Notes: generated by a model from the letters alone, not told the origin. 64,000 bases of DNA from Longimicrobiales bacterium (GCA_963664435.2 CAXXKM010000002.1:288001-352000), one strand, 5' to 3'; counted from the stretch's first letter, positions 34,132-45,161 are shown. Numbers and translations are program-made.

Positions 34132-34917
34132 TCACCGCCCCCGGAAGTTCGCTCCCCGCCTCTCCAGAAACGCCCCCATCCCCTCGCGCATGTCCTCGGT
34201 GGCCGCCAGCACGCCGAAGAGCGATGACTCGAAGGCGTGCGCATCGGCCTCGGCGCTGTCGAGGGCGGAATAGATGGATTCGAGGGCGAACCGGAGCGCG
34301 ACCGGCGCGTTTTTCGTGATCCTGCGCATCAGCGCGATCGCCGCGCCGTGCAGCTCCGCTCTCTCGACAACGCGGGAAACCAGGCCGTAGCGCTCCGCCG
34401 TCGCCGCGTCGATCATGTCTCCCGTGAGCGTCATCTCCAGCGCGCGTCCCAGCCCGACGATGCGCGCCAGGCGAATGGTGCCGCCGTATCCCGGGACAAT
34501 GCCCAGCGTTACCTCCGGAAGCCCGAAGCGCGCGTTGGCCGAAGCGATGCGAAGGTGGCAGGCCATCGCCAGCTCGCATCCCCCGCCGAGAGCGAAGCCC
34601 CCTACCGCCGCCAGCACCGGCTTCGGAAATCGCTCGATGGCCGCCAGCACCTCCTGTCCCCGGCGGCTCACCTCCACGGCCGACAACGGCGTCATTTCGG
34701 CAAGCACGCCGATGTCCGCCCCCGCCACGAAGGCCTTCTCGCCCGCCCCGGTCAGGATGACGCCGCGCACGCCGTCGTCTTCGCCCAGCGATGCGAACGC
34801 GTCGCCGATCTCGGTCACGACCTGCTGATTGAGGGCGTTCAGCTTGCGCCGCCGGTCGATGGTCACAATCGCGATCTCTTGGTCCCGGTCGATACGCACA
34901 TATTGCCGTTCCGGCAT
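34132..34917 (-). CDS. Enoyl-CoA hydratase / crotonase
   Basis: AFVAGADI, ALGGGCELA and FGLPE. Confidence 0.92.
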   Translation of the reverse strand: MPERQYVRIDRDQEIAIVTIDRRRKLNALNQQVVTEIGDAFASLGEDDGVRGVILTGAGEKAFVAGADIGVLAEMTPLSAVEVSRRGQEVLAAIERFPKPVLAAVGGFALGGGCELAMACHLRIASANARFGLPEVTLGIVPGYGGTIRLARIVGLGRALEMTLTGDMIDAATAERYGLVSRVVERAELHGAAIALMRRITKNAPVALRFALESIYSALDSAEADAHAFESSLFGVLAATEDMREGMGAFLERRGANFRGR

Positions 34918-35146
34918 CGCAGGAATCCGCTGGCAGGAGGTTGAGGAAAGTGTCGGAGGGGGCTTGCCCGAAGCTGGATCGGTCCCGCTTCGCACTCCAC
35001 CGACTCGGCACGAAACTAGGGCCCGAGCGCTTCCCGGCGCCAGCGGTCGGCCGTTCCGTTCCCGATCTTCATCGGCATGGCCACCTCGGGCCGGTTAGAT
35101 TACACTTCGCCTCTTGAACACCCACCCGCGCCAGGGAGGCTTGCCC

Positions 35147-35593
35147 ATGGGCCGCTCGCTGAACAAGGTCACCCTCATCGGCAACGTCGGCTCGGATCCC
35201 GACATCCGAATGACCCCCTCCGGTACCAAGGTGGCGAAGTTTTCCGTCGCCACCAACGAGACCTTCAACGACCGCTCCGGGCGCCAGCAGGAACGCACCG
35301 AGTGGCACCGCCTCACCTTCTTCGGCCGGCTCTCCGACATCGTTGAACAATGGGTCAAGAAGGGAGACCGCCTCTACGTCGAAGGCCGTCTCGAGTACTC
35401 CCAGACCCAGACTCCGCAGGGCGAGACGCGCTACTGGACCGACATCATCGTGCGCGACATGATCATGCTGGGGTCGGGAGGCCGAGTCCCGGAGATGGGC
35501 GGCGACCCGGGGGGCCGTCCGCAGCGCCCGGCCGCGGATGCGGCCAGACGGGGAGGTGCGATGCAGGAACCCGACGACGATCTGCCCTTCTAG
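35147..35593 (+). CDS. ssb: Single-stranded DNA-binding protein
   Basis: LNKVTLIGN, TEWHR, VEGRL and C-terminal DDDLPF. Confidence 0.95.
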   Translation: MGRSLNKVTLIGNVGSDPDIRMTPSGTKVAKFSVATNETFNDRSGRQQERTEWHRLTFFGRLSDIVEQWVKKGDRLYVEGRLEYSQTQTPQGETRYWTDIIVRDMIMLGSGGRVPEMGGDPGGRPQRPAADAARRGGAMQEPDDDLPF

Positions 35594-35650
35594 CAGTCAG
35601 TCCGTGGACTAAATCCACGCGCCGGGGAGCGGCGAGGACGCTGCCGCCCG

Positions 35651-36007
35651 TCAACCCGGAGGCTGCCTGCCCTCCTCGGACCGCCAGAGATCGAGCAGCA
35701 CGGCGTCGAAGTGCTCCGGGTTGGTCCTGTACTGGTCGACCCACTCCTCGAAGGAGGGCAATCCCTCCTCCGCGTAGATGCGGGTCGTGGCCAGACGAAC
35801 CATTTCGTCGTAGGAGAGTTCCCCACCCACCCCGGAACCCCGGGCAAGATCCTTTACGAAGACAAACATCTCGTCGGGGGACATGCGCTGAATAATGCGG
35901 AATACTCGCGCGGAACAGTAGTCACGGTGCTTCGCGCGCAAGACGGCGAGCGGCTCGCGCCGTGAGGAGTGGGCCCCGGTGCCGCCCGGCCCATCAGTAC
36001 CAGCCAC
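35651..36007 (-). CDS. Hypothetical protein
   Basis: GGAG RBS before GTG; protein-like composition (DYCSARV, LPSFEEWV). Confidence 0.55.
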   Translation of the reverse strand: MAGTDGPGGTGAHSSRREPLAVLRAKHRDYCSARVFRIIQRMSPDEMFVFVKDLARGSGVGGELSYDEMVRLATTRIYAEEGLPSFEEWVDQYRTNPEHFDAVLLDLWRSEEGRQPPG

Positions 36008-36278
36008 GTCTTCTCCTGTTGTCCCCGCATCCGGTGTGCGTCGGACTTCTGGCCCGAGGAGGTCTGGAGCAAGACACCTCTTTGCGGGCACGTGTATTGT
36101 ACTGGAACCGGTTCCACAATGCCATGCCGGATGCAAGCAAGGAACATGCCGGTGGCCTCGCCGTATTCGGCCACGCCTGCGTGGCTACGCCCGCAAACGG
36201 CGCATGCGAGCGCTGGGCCGGAGTGTCGAGAAACCTGCGGGATGCGTGGGCGACCTGCGTGAGGAGGGACGCGGCGGG

Positions 36279-36479
36279 CTAGCGCTCAGCGGGCGTCCCC
36301 GGTGCAGGGGAGAGAGACTCCTCGTGCTCCTTCAGGTGCTCATAGATGCTACGCCGGGTCAGTCCGCCGATGAGGACCCGGCTGAGAAACTCCGGGTCCG
36401 TTTCCTGAACCGCTTCGGCTTTCCTGGCCACGTCGCGCGGCAGGCGGATGTTGAGGTTCACGGATCGGGTTTCCCACAT
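36279..36479 (-). CDS. Small hypothetical protein, possibly ribbon-helix-helix
   Basis: SVNLNIRLP beta strand followed by two predicted helices. Confidence 0.5.
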   Translation of the reverse strand: MWETRSVNLNIRLPRDVARKAEAVQETDPEFLSRVLIGGLTRRSIYEHLKEHEESLSPAPGTPAER

Positions 36480-37075
36480 CTTGGTCGGCTGGCTCCCTGC
36501 CCGATGTGAAACGAAGCTGAATCTGATTCGCATCCCCCGGCGCAGCCCCGGAGGCCCAGTGATGGGGCCGGTCCCGGCACGGCGGGGGCCATCCTGCACG
36601 GCAGAGATCGTAAAAGGTCGAGCTCGGGTGCGCAAGGGTGTCAAAACGAAACGAAAGCCAACCGGAGAAAACTCGTATCTTGTTATGCATAAACAGGTTA
36701 CAAGATTGGTGGCAAAACCGTAATTCACTTGTTCCCAAGGACCGCAAGCACGTTGAAAGGCAGATGTCCGGCTTTCATAAGTTGCTGCCTGCGCTCGTTT
36801 TCCACCGAAGCAGGCATGCCGCTTCAAGCATCTCTGCAATACAAATGTTTTACAAAAAACCGGGCTTTTGTCCGGGAAAACCGGAATGAAGAAATGTGAG
36901 CCCGAGCGTTGCCGGCCGGTCGCCGGACGGGGTAGTTTTCCTGCCCCGGACGAGGGTCACATCCGGACGGGGATTCCGGGAAAACCGGGAATCGACTAGA
37001 TTGCCTGCCCGGACGCGAGGGCAGCGTCCCCGGGGATTCGGCGGAACGGGCGTACAGGGAAAAGGAAGGCTCTGT

Positions 37076-37276
37076 TTGGAAGTCATGATTCAGGAAGGCG
37101 AGAATCTGGAGCGGGCGCTCCGGCGCTTCAAGCGCAAGGTACAGCGGTCGGGGCTCTACTCGGAACTGCGCAAGCGCCGCTTCTACGAGAAGCCGAGCGC
37201 GCAACGCAAGCGGAAGAGGGAAGCCGCGATCCGCCGCGAGCGGCGGCGCCAGCGGCGAAACTCGTCTCGCCGCTGA
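37076..37276 (+). CDS. rpsU: 30S ribosomal protein S21
   Basis: ENLERALRRFKRKV and FYEKPS; TTG start after AAGGAAGG. Confidence 0.93.
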   Translation: MEVMIQEGENLERALRRFKRKVQRSGLYSELRKRRFYEKPSAQRKRKREAAIRRERRRQRRNSSRR

Positions 37277-37350
37277 GGGACGGACGAGCCGGCGGCAACC
37301 CGCGCGCCGGGAGCGGACCGGCTCCCGCCGTTGAGTGCTCGACGTTGTAG

Positions 37351-38229
37351 CTACAGCGGCAGAGGACGCGGTGGCTTCGTGCTCCAGTCGTAGAATCCCT
37401 TCCCCGTCTTGCGCCCGAATCTGCCCAGCGCCACCAGGCGCTTGAGAAGCGGCGGGGGGGCGTATCTCGCCTCCCGGTATTCCTCGAACATGATTTCCGC
37501 GATGCGGTACGTCGTGTCGACCCCCACGAAGTCGCACAGCAGGAACGGACCCATCGGGTAGCCCGTGCCCAGCATCATGCCCTTGTCGATGTCCTCGATC
37601 GAGGCCACGCCCCGCTCCAGTTGGCGAATGGAGTCCAGCATGTAGGGCACGAGCAGCAGATTGACGACGAAGCCCGAGTTGTCCTTCGCCTTGATCGGCT
37701 CCTTGCCCAGGTCGCGCGCGAACCGGTAGGCGGCTTCGAAGACCTGCTCGTCGGTGGCGATGGTGCGGACCACCTCCACCAGCTTCATCACCGGCACCGG
37801 GTTGAAGAAGTGGAGGCCGACCACCCTGTCGGGGCGGCTTGTCGCGGCGGCGATTTCGGTGATGGTGAGGGAACTGGTGTTCGACGCGAAGATGGCTTCG
37901 GGACCGGTGAGCTGGTCCAGAGCGCGCATCAGTTCCGACTTGATCGCCAGGTCCTCGACGATCGCTTCGACCACAAGGTCCCTGTCGGCCATGTCCGCTA
38001 GCGATGTCGTGAAGGACAATCGGCCCAAGGCCTCGTCACGCGCTTCCGCCGACAGCTTTTCCTTCTCCACCGCCCGGCCCATCGATTTGAAGATCCGGTT
38101 CTTGCCGGCTTCGAGCGCGCCCTCGTCGACTTCACTCACGACGACGTCGAATCCCGCTTTGGCCGCAACCTCCGCGATGCCGCTGCCCATGAGGCCGCAG
38201 CCGGCGACGCCTACCCGTTGAATGTTCAC
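37351..38229 (-). CDS. 3-hydroxybutyryl-CoA dehydrogenase
   Basis: GCGLMGSGIA, EAIVE, SNTSS, GLHFFNP and PMGP. Confidence 0.93.
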   Translation of the reverse strand: MNIQRVGVAGCGLMGSGIAEVAAKAGFDVVVSEVDEGALEAGKNRIFKSMGRAVEKEKLSAEARDEALGRLSFTTSLADMADRDLVVEAIVEDLAIKSELMRALDQLTGPEAIFASNTSSLTITEIAAATSRPDRVVGLHFFNPVPVMKLVEVVRTIATDEQVFEAAYRFARDLGKEPIKAKDNSGFVVNLLLVPYMLDSIRQLERGVASIEDIDKGMMLGTGYPMGPFLLCDFVGVDTTYRIAEIMFEEYREARYAPPPLLKRLVALGRFGRKTGKGFYDWSTKPPRPLPL

Positions 38230-38239
38230 GTCTTCCTCC

Positions 38240-39442
38240 TCAGGAGAAGGCTTCCACGACCACGGCGCCGCCCTGGCCGCCGCCGATGCACGCGGAGCCC
38301 AGCCCGTAGCGCGCGCCGCGCCTCCGCAGCTCGTGAAGCAGGTGGATGGTGATGCGGGTCCCCGAAGCCGCCAGGGGATGAGTGATGGCGATGGCGCCGC
38401 CGTTGACGTTGGTCCGATCGGGGTCGAGCCCCAGGTCGCGCTCTACGGACGCGTACTGCGGTGCGAACGCCTCGTTCACCTCGACCAGTTCCATGTCGTC
38501 GAGCGCGAGGCCCGCGTTGTCGAGGGCGGCGCGGGCGGCCGGAGCGGGCCCGATGCCCATGATCCTCGGCTCCACGCCCACGAAGGCCCAAGAGACCAGG
38601 CGACCGATCGGAGACAGCCCCTCGCCCGCGGCCCATTCAGCGTCGGCGATGACGGTGCCGGCCGACCCGTCGCCGATGCCGCTCGCGTTCCCGGCGGTGA
38701 CGAAGCCGCCCTTGCGGAAGTACGGCCGCAGCCGGGCCAGCCCCTCCAGGGAGACATCCGGGCGGATGTGCTCGTCGGCGGCGAACTCCTTCTCGCCCTT
38801 GCGGGTGCGGATGGTGATGGGGACGACCTCGTCGGCGAAGCGGCCCTCCTCCCAGGCGGCGCGTGCACGCACGTGGCTGCGGTACGCCACTTCGTCGGAG
38901 TAATCGCGGGTGACCCCGTAACGGTCTCCGAGTTCTTCGGCGGTCTGCGCCATCGTCAAGCCGCAGCTGGTGTCTTCGAGGGCGGTCCACAGCGAATCCT
39001 CGAAGTTGCGGCCGGGGTCCCCCAGGCGCAGGCCGCCCCAGCGCGCGCCGCGCACCACGTGAGGCGCCTGGCTCATCGATTCGGTCCCGCCGCAGAGGAC
39101 CGCCCGGGCGCCGCCCTGGAGGATCTCGTGGGCCCCGCTGGCGATCGCCTGGAAGCCTGAGCCGCACAGGCGGTTGACGGTCAGCGCGGGGACGCGGTCG
39201 GGCGTGCCCACCCCGAGCCCGACGTGGCGGGCGAGGTAGATGGCGTCGCCCGAGGTCTGGAGCGCATTTCCGTAGACGACATGATCGAGCTGATCGGGCG
39301 TGAGCCCCGCGGCCTCCACGGCCGCCCTGCCCGACACGACGCCGAGTTCGGTGGCGGACAGATGCCTGAGTGATCCGCCGAACGCCCCGAACCCGGTCCG
39401 CTTTCCGGAAAGGAAGACGATTCCCCGCGCGCGTCTGGTCAT
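38240..39442 (-). CDS. Acetyl-CoA C-acyltransferase (thiolase)
   Basis: NRLCGSG, NEAFA, THPLAASG and CIGGGQG. Confidence 0.93.
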   Translation of the reverse strand: MTRRARGIVFLSGKRTGFGAFGGSLRHLSATELGVVSGRAAVEAAGLTPDQLDHVVYGNALQTSGDAIYLARHVGLGVGTPDRVPALTVNRLCGSGFQAIASGAHEILQGGARAVLCGGTESMSQAPHVVRGARWGGLRLGDPGRNFEDSLWTALEDTSCGLTMAQTAEELGDRYGVTRDYSDEVAYRSHVRARAAWEEGRFADEVVPITIRTRKGEKEFAADEHIRPDVSLEGLARLRPYFRKGGFVTAGNASGIGDGSAGTVIADAEWAAGEGLSPIGRLVSWAFVGVEPRIMGIGPAPAARAALDNAGLALDDMELVEVNEAFAPQYASVERDLGLDPDRTNVNGGAIAITHPLAASGTRITIHLLHELRRRGARYGLGSACIGGGQGGAVVVEAFS

Positions 39443-39519
39443 GTGCGGCTCTCTCGATCGATCATGTGCAGTCCCCCTTTGTATCCATCGTTTGCGGTTG
39501 CGTGCCGGGCGGCGGGATT

Positions 39520-40623
39520 TCAGTGGCGGGCGTCCCCCCGGGGTCCGCTCAGCCGGTCACATATGGCTCGCCCGGCCTCGACGGTCGTGAGCGTGCCCCC
39601 CAGGTCGGGGGTGATCCGGCCCGCGGCGAGGGCGAGCCGGACGGCGCGGTCGATGTCGTCGGCGACCGCGTCGTGCCCCAGGTGGCGTGCCATGAGGGCC
39701 GCCGAGCGGACGGCGGCGACCGGGTTGGCCCGCCCGGTGCCGGCAATGTCCGGAGCAGAGCCGTGCACGGGCTCGAACAGGGCATGGCGTCCGGGGTGCA
39801 GCGTCCCCGAGGGCGCCAGCCCGAGCCCCCCGGTCACTTCCGCGGCCAGGTCGCTGATGATGTCTCCGAACAGGTTGGACGTGACCAGGACGGAGTAGCG
39901 CCCGGGGCGGCGCACCAGATCCATCGCCATGGCGTCCACCAGCATTACATCGCTCTCGATCTCCCCGTATTCGGCGCGCACGTCGTGGTAGGTTCTGCGC
40001 CAGAGGGCGCCCGCGGCCGGCAGGGCGTTGGCCTTGTCGACCATCGTCACCCGGCGGCTCCCTTCGGCGCGCGCGTACTCGAAGGCGGCCCGCACCAGGC
40101 GTTCCACCCCCTTGCGGGTATTCACATCCTCCTGGATCGCGATCTCGTCGGGCGTACCCTGCTTGAAGTGCCCGCCCATGTTCACGTAGGCGCCCTCCGT
40201 GCTCTCGCGAAAGATGTCGATGTGAATCCCGCCGTCCGGAATGTCCCTCAGCGGACAGTAACGGGGATCGAGCAGCTCGCACGGACGGAAATTGACGTAC
40301 AGGTCAAGGCGAAACCGGAGTCCCAGAAGGATGTCGCGGATATGGGCGTTGTCGGGGACCCGGGGATCTCCCAGGGCGCCCAGCAGGATGGCGTCGTAGT
40401 TGTCCGCAAGCCGGCGGATCTCGTCGTCGGTGATGGTCACGCCGTCGCGCAGGAAGCGTTCGGCGCCCAGATCCCAGTGGACGAAGTCGATCGCGGCACC
40501 GTGCAGATCGGCCGCCGTCCGCAGGCAGCGCACCGCCTCCCCGGTGACCTCGATCCCGATCCCGTCTCCGGGAATGACCGCGACCCGCGCCGTCCCGACC
40601 GCCGCCCTAGGCACGCCGGGCAC
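39520..40623 (-). CDS. 3-isopropylmalate / isocitrate-family dehydrogenase
   Basis: IPGDGIGIEV, DKAN, NLFGDIISD and EPVHGSAPDIAG. Confidence 0.9.
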   Translation of the reverse strand: MPGVPRAAVGTARVAVIPGDGIGIEVTGEAVRCLRTAADLHGAAIDFVHWDLGAERFLRDGVTITDDEIRRLADNYDAILLGALGDPRVPDNAHIRDILLGLRFRLDLYVNFRPCELLDPRYCPLRDIPDGGIHIDIFRESTEGAYVNMGGHFKQGTPDEIAIQEDVNTRKGVERLVRAAFEYARAEGSRRVTMVDKANALPAAGALWRRTYHDVRAEYGEIESDVMLVDAMAMDLVRRPGRYSVLVTSNLFGDIISDLAAEVTGGLGLAPSGTLHPGRHALFEPVHGSAPDIAGTGRANPVAAVRSAALMARHLGHDAVADDIDRAVRLALAAGRITPDLGGTLTTVEAGRAICDRLSGPRGDARH

Positions 40624-41272
40624 GCCTTCCGCAGCCGACGCAATAGGACCACTCGGCTTCCACCCTCATCCCGCATCCGGAACATGCGACGATGCGGACG
40701 TCCTGGCCGCAGAAGGGACAGAAGCGAACACCGTCGATGTCCGGCAGCTCCTGGTCGCATCCCGAACACACCTGCGCAGCCGCTGCTCCGCTACCCGGAC
40801 CCACCTCGGCTGCCGCGGGGGCGGCGACCCCGTGCGCCGCGTCCGGCTCACGCTCCACCACTTCGAGCCCGTCCCGGTCCGGGACGTCCGAAGCGGCAGC
40901 CTCGCGGCGTCCCGGGCCGCCGTCCGGCATCGGCAGCCGGCTCGCGTTCAGACGAACCCCCACTGCGGCGAAATCGCGATAGAGTCCGGTGTTGGGAAAG
41001 CGAGCCTCGAGTTCGGCCCGGATCTCTTTCCGGGCGGCTTGCGACTCCAGCGTGAGGTAGTCGCCCTCGCCCGCCAGCAGGCGAAGCAACGCCTGCTCGT
41101 ACTCGCCGCTGGTGGCGATGTCCATGCTGCTCCGGTGGGTGCGCCAGGGAATCAGGTTCTGGTAGATCTCGGCGACCGTGAAGCGCGAATGGAGGTACTC
41201 CGGCCACCGTGTCCGGATCTCGCTCACGAGGGCGTCGAACAGGCGGCCCGGGAGATCGGCGGCAGTGGTCAT
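40607..41272 (-). CDS. Double zinc-ribbon domain protein
   Basis: Four C-terminal CxxC pairs. Confidence 0.7.
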   Translation of the reverse strand: MTTAADLPGRLFDALVSEIRTRWPEYLHSRFTVAEIYQNLIPWRTHRSSMDIATSGEYEQALLRLLAGEGDYLTLESQAARKEIRAELEARFPNTGLYRDFAAVGVRLNASRLPMPDGGPGRREAAASDVPDRDGLEVVEREPDAAHGVAAPAAAEVGPGSGAAAAQVCSGCDQELPDIDGVRFCPFCGQDVRIVACSGCGMRVEAEWSYCVGCGRRARRA

Positions 41273-41300
41273 GGTTGGCTCGAGGCGGTGGTCCGGGGCG

Positions 41301-42419
41301 TCATTCGGGCGGGGCAGTGTCGTCGTCGACGCGCTGCATCAGCCCGGCACGGATCGCCGCGGTCAGGAAGCTCTCCGGATCCACGATCGGGATCTCCAGG
41401 CCGAACTGCTCCCGCCAGCGCTCGGAGAGCCGCCGCATGTAGTGGGAAACGGTCTCGTGCGAGAATCCCGCGTCGTCGCGCATCTGGCGCACGATCTCGT
41501 GCCAGGTTCCCCGGAAGGGCCGGCCGTCGCGGTTGCGGACTTGGTGCGCTTCGCGATCCCCGGGCGACGGGCCTTCGAACAGTTCCAGCTGCTGGTGGTC
41601 CGTCGCGGATTCGGCGATGCCCGAAGCCTGCGCCTCCACTTCGGCCAGCAGACGGTCGAGCGGATCCGACAGGTTCTCCAGTTCCCGCAGCCGGGTCTGC
41701 CAGGGTTCCATGCGCGCATCGCCCACCGGGATGCCCCTCAGCGACGCGTTCAGTTCGATCACCCGCCACACCGCCCGAGGGTCCCAGTGCTCGGAGGGAG
41801 GAACCTGCTCGAACTCGCGCATCGCCCCTTCGCGGTCGGCGCGGTCGTACAGAATATGACCCAGGAAGATGCGGGCCTCATGCAGTTCCGGGGCAAGCCT
41901 TAGCGCGCGCCGGATGTGGCGGGTCGCCTCGAGCTCGTTACCGGTGCGCTGAAGCGCGTATCCGAGCGCCGCGACCGCCTCGGCCGAGTCCGGTCTGGCA
42001 GCCACAAGTCTCGCGAAGGCGTCGCGCGCCTCCATGTACAGCCCCGCTCCGTACAGCGCCCGGCCCATCGTCAGCATGAGGTCGACGTCGGTGTCGTAGC
42101 CGAGGGCCTCCACCTTTCTGAAGAGCCCGAGCGCGCTCTCGCTTTTCCCGAACCAGAGGAGCAGCTCTCCCATTCCGACCAGGGCGTCCTCGTGATCGGG
42201 ATCCAGCATCAGGGCCTGCTGGAAGCTCTCGCGGGCCCATGCATATTCCTCGCGCGCGAGCCGCGCGTATCCCATGCCGACGTACAGTTCCACGGCATTG
42301 GGATATAACGAAAGGCCCTCTTTCAACATCTCGAGGGCCCCTTCGTAGTCGCCTTCATCATACAGCTTGTATGCTTCTTCATCGTATTCTTCAGAGCTCA
42401 GGAACCGCTCTTGCATCAT
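41301..42419 (-). CDS. Tetratricopeptide repeat protein
   Basis: Tandem TPR-pattern helices such as A...F.QAL.LDP. Confidence 0.8.
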   Translation of the reverse strand: MMQERFLSSEEYDEEAYKLYDEGDYEGALEMLKEGLSLYPNAVELYVGMGYARLAREEYAWARESFQQALMLDPDHEDALVGMGELLLWFGKSESALGLFRKVEALGYDTDVDLMLTMGRALYGAGLYMEARDAFARLVAARPDSAEAVAALGYALQRTGNELEATRHIRRALRLAPELHEARIFLGHILYDRADREGAMREFEQVPPSEHWDPRAVWRVIELNASLRGIPVGDARMEPWQTRLRELENLSDPLDRLLAEVEAQASGIAESATDHQQLELFEGPSPGDREAHQVRNRDGRPFRGTWHEIVRQMRDDAGFSHETVSHYMRRLSERWREQFGLEIPIVDPESFLTAAIRAGLMQRVDDDTAPPE

Positions 42420-42653
42420 CCGCATCCTCCCGTTGGAGATGTGGGGCGCTACCCGGTTGCCCGCAGGATGGCCGATCTGGACGCCTGACGTCTCGCGCGC
42501 GCGAGCGTATCCAAATCTAACCTGGCACCCATACGGCAACCAGACGCCGGGGTGTCCGGCCGGAATTGCGCGCGGCATGGTTGTGCGGGTTGGACGAGAA
42601 GCCGGCACAGATTTGCGCCGGTGCGTCGGGCTGCGGTATTCTCGGGCGCCCGA

Positions 42654-42935
42654 CTACTCCTGGCCGGCGGGAGCGGCGGAGTTGCCGGCAGTGCCTATGG
42701 TGGCGGCGCCGCGGGCGATGGCGGGCTGGCAGAAGCGCATGCCGACGGCATGCAGAAAGCGTAGCTCGTGTGCCGCGAGAGTCGGATAGCGTTCACCGAG
42801 GTAATCGATGGTATCGTTCATCCACTCGCTCTGGTCCGCCTCGCTGGCATCGACCACGCCACATCGGTTGATGTGACTGAAAAGTTCATCCCTGGCTCGA
42901 TCCAGGAGCTTCGAATCCGACAATTTCACCTCCAT
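42654..42935 (-). CDS. Hypothetical protein
   Basis: Protein-like ORF (ARDELFSHINRCGV). Confidence 0.6.
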   Translation of the reverse strand: MEVKLSDSKLLDRARDELFSHINRCGVVDASEADQSEWMNDTIDYLGERYPTLAAHELRFLHAVGMRFCQPAIARGAATIGTAGNSAAPAGQE

Positions 42936-42939
42936 AGCC

Positions 42940-44652
42940 ATGCTTGACGACATCGCCGGCGACTCGGAATCCGGCGGAAAATCCCAGCAAGGTTACGCCT
43001 TGACCCCGAACGGTGCAAATCCGGGCGGCATCTCCGGCGTGCGCCCGGATGCAGTGACGCTCGAGATCTTCCGGCAACTGTTCGCCGCTCTTACGGAGGA
43101 GATGGGGGCCGCGCTGCGGCGTTCCTCCTTCTCTCCAAACATCAAGGAGCGGCGCGACTACTCGTGCGCGCTCTTCACGCCGGACGGCGTCGCGGTCGCG
43201 CTCGGGGACCACATGCCGGTGCATCTCGGAGCCATGCCGATGAGCGTGGAGGCGGCCCTTGCGGAGCTGGGCACCCTCGACGAGGGCGACATCGCCTGCC
43301 TGAACGATCCCTTCCGGGGAGGGACCCACCTCCCCGACATCACCCTCATCGCGCCGGTGTATTCCGGGCCCGGCGGCGTGCTGCTCGGCTACGTGGCCTC
43401 GCGGGCCCACCACTCCGACGTGGGAGGGATGACTCCGGGGTCGATGCCGCTGGCCCGCGAGATCTACCAGGAGGGGCTGCGCATCCCTCCCGTGCGACTC
43501 TTCGTGCGCGGGAAACGGCGGCGGGGCCTGTGGGACACCATCCTGGCCAACGTGCGCACCCCGGTGGAGCGCGCGGGCGACCTCCAGGCGCAGATCGCGG
43601 CGCTCTACACCGGACAGGTGCGGCTGCTCGACCTGGTGGAGAGGCGGGGGAACGGCGCGGTGCTGGGCGCGATGTACGAGCTCGTCGCCTACGCCGACCG
43701 ACTCCTCCTCACCGGCATTCGGCGCATGCCCGCGGGGCGCTTCGAAGCGGAGGACTTCATGGACGACGACGGGTTCGGACACGGACCCGTGCCCATCCGG
43801 GTGGCGCTCGAGGTGTCGCGCGACGGGCTGGTGATCGACTTCGCGGGCACCTCGCCCCAGACCGAGGGCGGGATCAACGCGGTGGCGGCCATCACCTCGT
43901 CCGCGGTGCGCTACGTGGTGCGCTGCGTGGTGGAGGGGCTGCTGGGCGAGGAGCTGCCCGCGGGAGGCGGGTCAATGACCTGCGTGGAGCAGCGCCTTCC
44001 CCCGGGCTCGCTGGTCAACGCCCGCCTGCCGGCAAGCGTCGCCGCGGGCAACGTGGAGGCCAGCCAGCGGATCACGGATACGCTGCTGCGCGCCTTCGGC
44101 GAGGCGCTGCCGGATCTCGTGCCCGCGCTCAGCCAGGGAACCATGAACAACACCACCATGGGTGGGATCGATCTTCACGGCGAGAGCTTCGCATACTACG
44201 AGACGGTGGGGGGCGGGATGGGGGCCGGTCCCGGACGTCCCGGGCTCTCGGGGGTTCACTGCCACATGTCGAACTCGCTCAACACGCCCGTCGAGGCGCT
44301 GGAGCACGCCTATCCCTTCCGGGTGACGCGCTATTCGCTCCGCCACGGCAGCGGTGGGCGGGGGCGGTACCCGGGGGGAGACGGGCTGCGCCGGGACATC
44401 ATGATGCTGGTGGACGGGGGTTCGACGCTCCTGTGCGAACGGCGCACGCGCGGTCCGGCCGGCGCGCGCGGCGGGGAGGACGGGGCGCCCGGGGTGAACA
44501 CTCTGGTTTCCGGCGGCAAGGAGCGGATCCTGCCGGGCAAGGCGTCCTTCGAGGTGCAGGCGGGGGATATCATCAGCATCCAGTCGCCCGGGGGCGGTGG
44601 CTGGGGATCTCGCGGCGACCCCGCGGATCGCTCGGCTGGCGCCGGAGCGTAG
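42940..44652 (+). CDS. Hydantoinase B / oxoprolinase family protein
   Basis: SFSPNIKERRDYSCA, PVHLG, NDPFRGGTHLPD and SQGTMNN. Confidence 0.92.
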   Translation: MLDDIAGDSESGGKSQQGYALTPNGANPGGISGVRPDAVTLEIFRQLFAALTEEMGAALRRSSFSPNIKERRDYSCALFTPDGVAVALGDHMPVHLGAMPMSVEAALAELGTLDEGDIACLNDPFRGGTHLPDITLIAPVYSGPGGVLLGYVASRAHHSDVGGMTPGSMPLAREIYQEGLRIPPVRLFVRGKRRRGLWDTILANVRTPVERAGDLQAQIAALYTGQVRLLDLVERRGNGAVLGAMYELVAYADRLLLTGIRRMPAGRFEAEDFMDDDGFGHGPVPIRVALEVSRDGLVIDFAGTSPQTEGGINAVAAITSSAVRYVVRCVVEGLLGEELPAGGGSMTCVEQRLPPGSLVNARLPASVAAGNVEASQRITDTLLRAFGEALPDLVPALSQGTMNNTTMGGIDLHGESFAYYETVGGGMGAGPGRPGLSGVHCHMSNSLNTPVEALEHAYPFRVTRYSLRHGSGGRGRYPGGDGLRRDIMMLVDGGSTLLCERRTRGPAGARGGEDGAPGVNTLVSGGKERILPGKASFEVQAGDIISIQSPGGGGWGSRGDPADRSAGAGA

Positions 44653-44657
44653 TGGGG

Positions 44658-45077
44658 ATGGAGCTCTATCTTTCGCTGGCGTGCGACTCGGCGCGGCAGG
44701 CATCTTCCGGCACCCGGATCGACGTCCAGGGCGCCTTCAACGACCTGTTCGCGCCCGGGTTCCCCGCCGTCCAGAGCCACATGGTGATCGTGGCGGGCAT
44801 CGAATGGGATCGAAGCGACGACGGCAGCTATCGCTTTCGCGTTGATCTGCTCGATCCTTCGGGCAAGCCGTGCCTGACGGTGGAGGGCGAGACCCAGGTC
44901 GACCCGCGCGCCCCCGATCGACCGCCTGCCCGCACCTGCCTGATCATGCCCGTGGAGAACGTGGTGTTTCCGGTTCCCGGGAGATACCGATTCAGCGTCC
45001 GCGCAAAGGGACGTGTCTTAAAAGGGTCGGCGCTTCACCTCTTTCGCGACCCCGACGCCGCTCCGCCGGCGGGCTAG
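44658..45077 (+). CDS. Hypothetical protein (DUF6941-like)
   Basis: LACD.A, G.F..L and F..PG.Y.F pattern. Confidence 0.6.
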   Translation: MELYLSLACDSARQASSGTRIDVQGAFNDLFAPGFPAVQSHMVIVAGIEWDRSDDGSYRFRVDLLDPSGKPCLTVEGETQVDPRAPDRPPARTCLIMPVENVVFPVPGRYRFSVRAKGRVLKGSALHLFRDPDAAPPAG

Positions 45078-45161
45078 TGGTCCGGCGACGAAATCCGCGG
45101 TGAGCATCGCCCGGCGGGCGGGCGCGAGGACGCCGGCGGACCGGGCGAGAAAGAGGATGCC

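Noticed and set aside
36640..36900. oriC
   Set aside because: It is AT-rich but has only one weak DnaA-box-like 9-mer (TTATGCATA). It is more simply the divergent promoter region of rpsU.
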